A stretch of DNA of 64,000 bases from contig OZ024742.1 in assembly GCA_964016885.1 (NCBI GenBank), positions 151,900,001 to 151,964,000 of the forward strand, in the 5' to 3' direction. Below, one piece after another: positions 60,137-64,000 of this stretch (positions are counted from its first letter, which is position 1; every line of letters begins with the position of its first letter). This DNA comes from Eledone cirrhosa (taxonomy: Eukaryota). The notes beneath the pieces are model-generated. The model ran no database searches. It was given only the letters and a program-made list of their open reading frames with translations, and was not told the DNA's origin. Both the position numbers and the translations under genes were made by a program.

Positions 60137-63100
60137 CAAACAAACAAATTAACAACACACCAAAACAATTAAAACCATCCACTCTCGCCTCTACATTTTT
60201 GCTTAACGCCCAAGGCATCAGCCCTTCCACCAATACTCAAAAATGGAAGATCAAATTCCTGGAGGACTGGATTGATGTCCATCCAAACCACATCCCTTTC
60301 TTCGTCCTCACTGAAACCCATCTCAGTAACCTCCACTTGGAAGCCGAGGTGAAAGTGAAAAATTTCAAAGCCATCCGTGCTGATCGCGCTGGCAGAAGAA
60401 AGGGCGGAACTGCCATTTATGTCCATAATTCTTTCTCAACAGAGGCTATGAACATATTCACTAATGGATACTGTGAGGCAGTCACTGTATTCAGTCAAAC
60501 CAACAACCTATTAGTAGTTGGGCTCTATAGGCCACCCCAAACGCCTGTACCATGCTTCAAGGAATGCCTCAACAGCATAAAGTGTTTCATCCAAGAGTGT
60601 CACCCTGACAACATCTTAATGATGGGGGACTTCAACCTCCCCGGAGTTGACTGGTCCACAAACACCCTGCCACCAGGTTCTTCTGCCTCAACCTCTGACA
60701 GGGAAGCTGTGGAATCGCTTCTTGACTTCATGGATGATTTCTTCCTATCCCAACTAGTGCTCGAACCAACGAGGTGCCACAAAAACGTCCTAGACTTAAT
60801 TTTCAGCAATCACACTGACAATATCCACAATATTGCAGTGGAGAAAACTCTACTCTCTGATCATGACATGGTTCTCTGTGATCTGAGATTCCACCGTCCA
60901 ATATACAAACCCAATGTCATTTCTCCTGTCCATCCGTTTGACGCTATGGATTTCCACAATGCAAACTGGGAAGCGATCAGTCATGATCTTGCACATGTCG
61001 ACTGGTCCTTCACGCACACTCATACACCCACTAACATCAAAAAGTCCTGGCAGACATTTGTGGACACTGTTACAAACATATGTGCTAAACACACCCCATT
61101 AAGAACTATAAACAAATCTAAGAGCAGAATCCCTAGAAATAGAAAAACGCTCATCAGAAAAATTAAGAGAACGAACAAAAAAATCAACAATCTGAAATAC
61201 TGTCAGCAGCAACACATCAACTTGACTGCCATTTCATCACTAGAGATTAAAAAACATAACCTCCAAAACAACATAATGTCCCTCATCAACAATCAGAGAA
61301 GAGCTGAAGAGGCCTGGGCCATTGAGAAGATCAAACTCAATCCCAAAGTGTTCTTTTCATTTGCAAAAAAACACAAAATCACTGGCTCTACTGTTGGCCC
61401 TCTAATTGATGAAAATGGCACTCTTCAAGACAATGCTAAAACCATGGGTGAGATACTGCAGAAACAATACTGCTCTGTTTTCAGCAATCCTGATATGGCC
61501 GATCTGGGCTGTATCGGCGATGTTACTCCCCATTACACCTTATCGGACATAACGTTTGGCGCCCCTGATGTCTTGGCGGCAATAAAGGAAATCAAGCATA
61601 ATTCAGCAGTAGGTCCCGATAGGTTCCCTGCTTGTGTCTTGAAGGCGTGTCAACACCAACTTGCTTCTCCTCTTGCCAATCTGTGGCGGAACTCACTGGA
61701 TGCTGGATATGTGCCAGAAAACCTTCTATCCCAGTCTGTTGTCCCAGTTTTCAAAAAGGGAAACAAATCCCTTGCCGTGAATTACCGTCCAATCTCACTC
61801 ACCTCTCATATCATTAAGGTATTTGAGCGAGTGGTGAGATCGCGAATGACCCACTTCCTTGAGAGTAACAATATCCTGAACTCCAACCAGCATGGATTCC
61901 GTAATGGAAGGGATTGCCTGACGCAACTACTGCATCACTTTGATGACATTTTGAGAGCCTTGGGAGAGGGTTCCAACACTGATGTTATCTACCTTGATTT
62001 CAGCAAGGCCTTTGACAGGGTTGATCATAACATTCTACTGAGAAAGCTGTCCAATATTGGTGTCACTGGAAAGCTGCTGCAGTGGATCAAGAGCTTCCTG
62101 TCAAACAGAACCCAACATGTTGTAGTTGAGGGAGTCAAATCAAGCCCAGCCAAAGTCAGTAGTGGAGTCCCACAAGGCACTGTGTTGGGCCCACTTCTCT
62201 TCATCATCTATATTAATGACATCACTGACATCATCAAACACAGCAACATTAAAATTTTCGCTGATGATTCCAAGCTCCAAAAGGTCATCAATGGCGTGGA
62301 TGACCGGATAAGCCTTCAGTCAGACCTACTGGCTGTTACCCAATGGGCAGAAAAGAACAACATGTTACTGAACGAAGACAAATTCGAACTGATCCACTTT
62401 GGAAAAGAGGATGCTCTGAAACTTCCGTACTCCCTTCCCTCCGGGGAAACTCTCGTGGCATCTAACAACATCAGAGACTTGGGAGTAACCGTGGACAGCA
62501 ACATAAGCTGGACCACGCATATAAGCAGCAAAGTTGACATGGCCCGCAGAATGTGTTCCTGGATCCTCAGAACCTTCCAGTCGAGAGATTCCCGCACCAT
62601 TATCCTTCTCTTCTCTACTTTCGCCCGACCACACCTTGAATACTGTTGTCCACTGTGGTCTCCCCACACGAAACAAAGTATCATGAAACTTGAAGCTCCT
62701 CAAAGGGCAATCACGAAAAAGATAGATGGCATGTCAGACCTTGACTACTGGGGTCGATTGGAAAACCTGAAACTTTACTCACTCCAACGTCGCGTGAGCG
62801 TTATATTATCTGCATGATGTGGGAAAATGTTCATCATCACTGCCCAAATGATGTTGGCATCGCCTTCAAGATACACCCAAGGCTTGGGCCCCGTGCTATC
62901 CGTCCCATTCAAAAATCTAAATCGCAACTCATAACAACAATACGGCACAATTATTTCACCTCAATCGGCCCTGCTCTCTTCAACATCACACCAGGACACG
63001 TCAAAACAGAAACTGACCACACAAAATTCAAGAAGTCTTTGGACAAATTCCTCCAAGTAATCCCGGACAAACCACCCACACCCGGATATGTCTCCGCAAA

Positions 63101-63143
63101 CAGTAATTCTCTTCTCGAATGGGCCATGGTGCCCAAATCCTGA
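60007..63143 (+). CDS. LINE ORF2: APE endonuclease plus reverse transcriptase (local frameshifts near 62790-62835)
   Basis: APE: LNAQG, LTETHL, GLYRPP, MGDFN, VLDLIF, SDHDMV. RT: NYRPISLTS, QHGFR, YLDFSKAFD, GVPQGTVLGP, FADD, RDLGV, YSLQRR. The frame is open from 60007. Confidence 0.95.
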
Positions 63144-63240
63144 ATTGAAAGACTTCGCCAGGTGGTGCTATTAAGTTAGACATGGCCTGGGCCAATACTG
63201 GCCAAAACATTTCAAAGTTATTCAAAGTTATTCAAAGTTA

Positions 63241-64000
<760 letters not shown>

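Larger units (their letters stand above)
58240..63240 (+). mobile_element. Full-length CR1-group LINE
   Basis: 5' CAGTT..GGACGTG start, 720-bp 5' UTR, ORF1, APE-RT ORF2, short 3' UTR and (TTCAAAGTTA)3 tail; flanked by (TA)n on both sides. Confidence 0.93.

Overview
This is AT-rich, repeat-saturated eukaryotic DNA with no convincing host protein-coding gene. The SINE families and the extreme (TA)n/(CA)n load suggest a cephalopod, probably Octopus (inference). Main contents: (1) Penelope-like retroelement (PLE) pieces of two types, with GIY-YIG and RT fragments, inverted pseudo-LTRs and hammerhead-ribozyme motifs; (2) a ~3.5 kb 86-bp satellite; (3) a decayed ~6.7 kb Helitron carrying an inverted copy of its own N-terminal repeat region; (4) many tRNA-derived SINEs, including a head-to-tail array; (5) a ~9.8 kb TA-based microsatellite holding a bipartite RTE-derived element; (6) RTE LINE fragments; (7) a near-intact full-length CR1-group LINE. 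The LINE is the most notable element: ORF1 has a Myb/SANT-like domain plus two CCCH fingers, and ORF2 has no usable AUG and appears reachable by a -1 frameshift at U-UUU-UUA. Most long Y/I-rich ORFs in the track are microsatellite artefacts. Clade names come from motif recognition only, and many boundaries are approximate.
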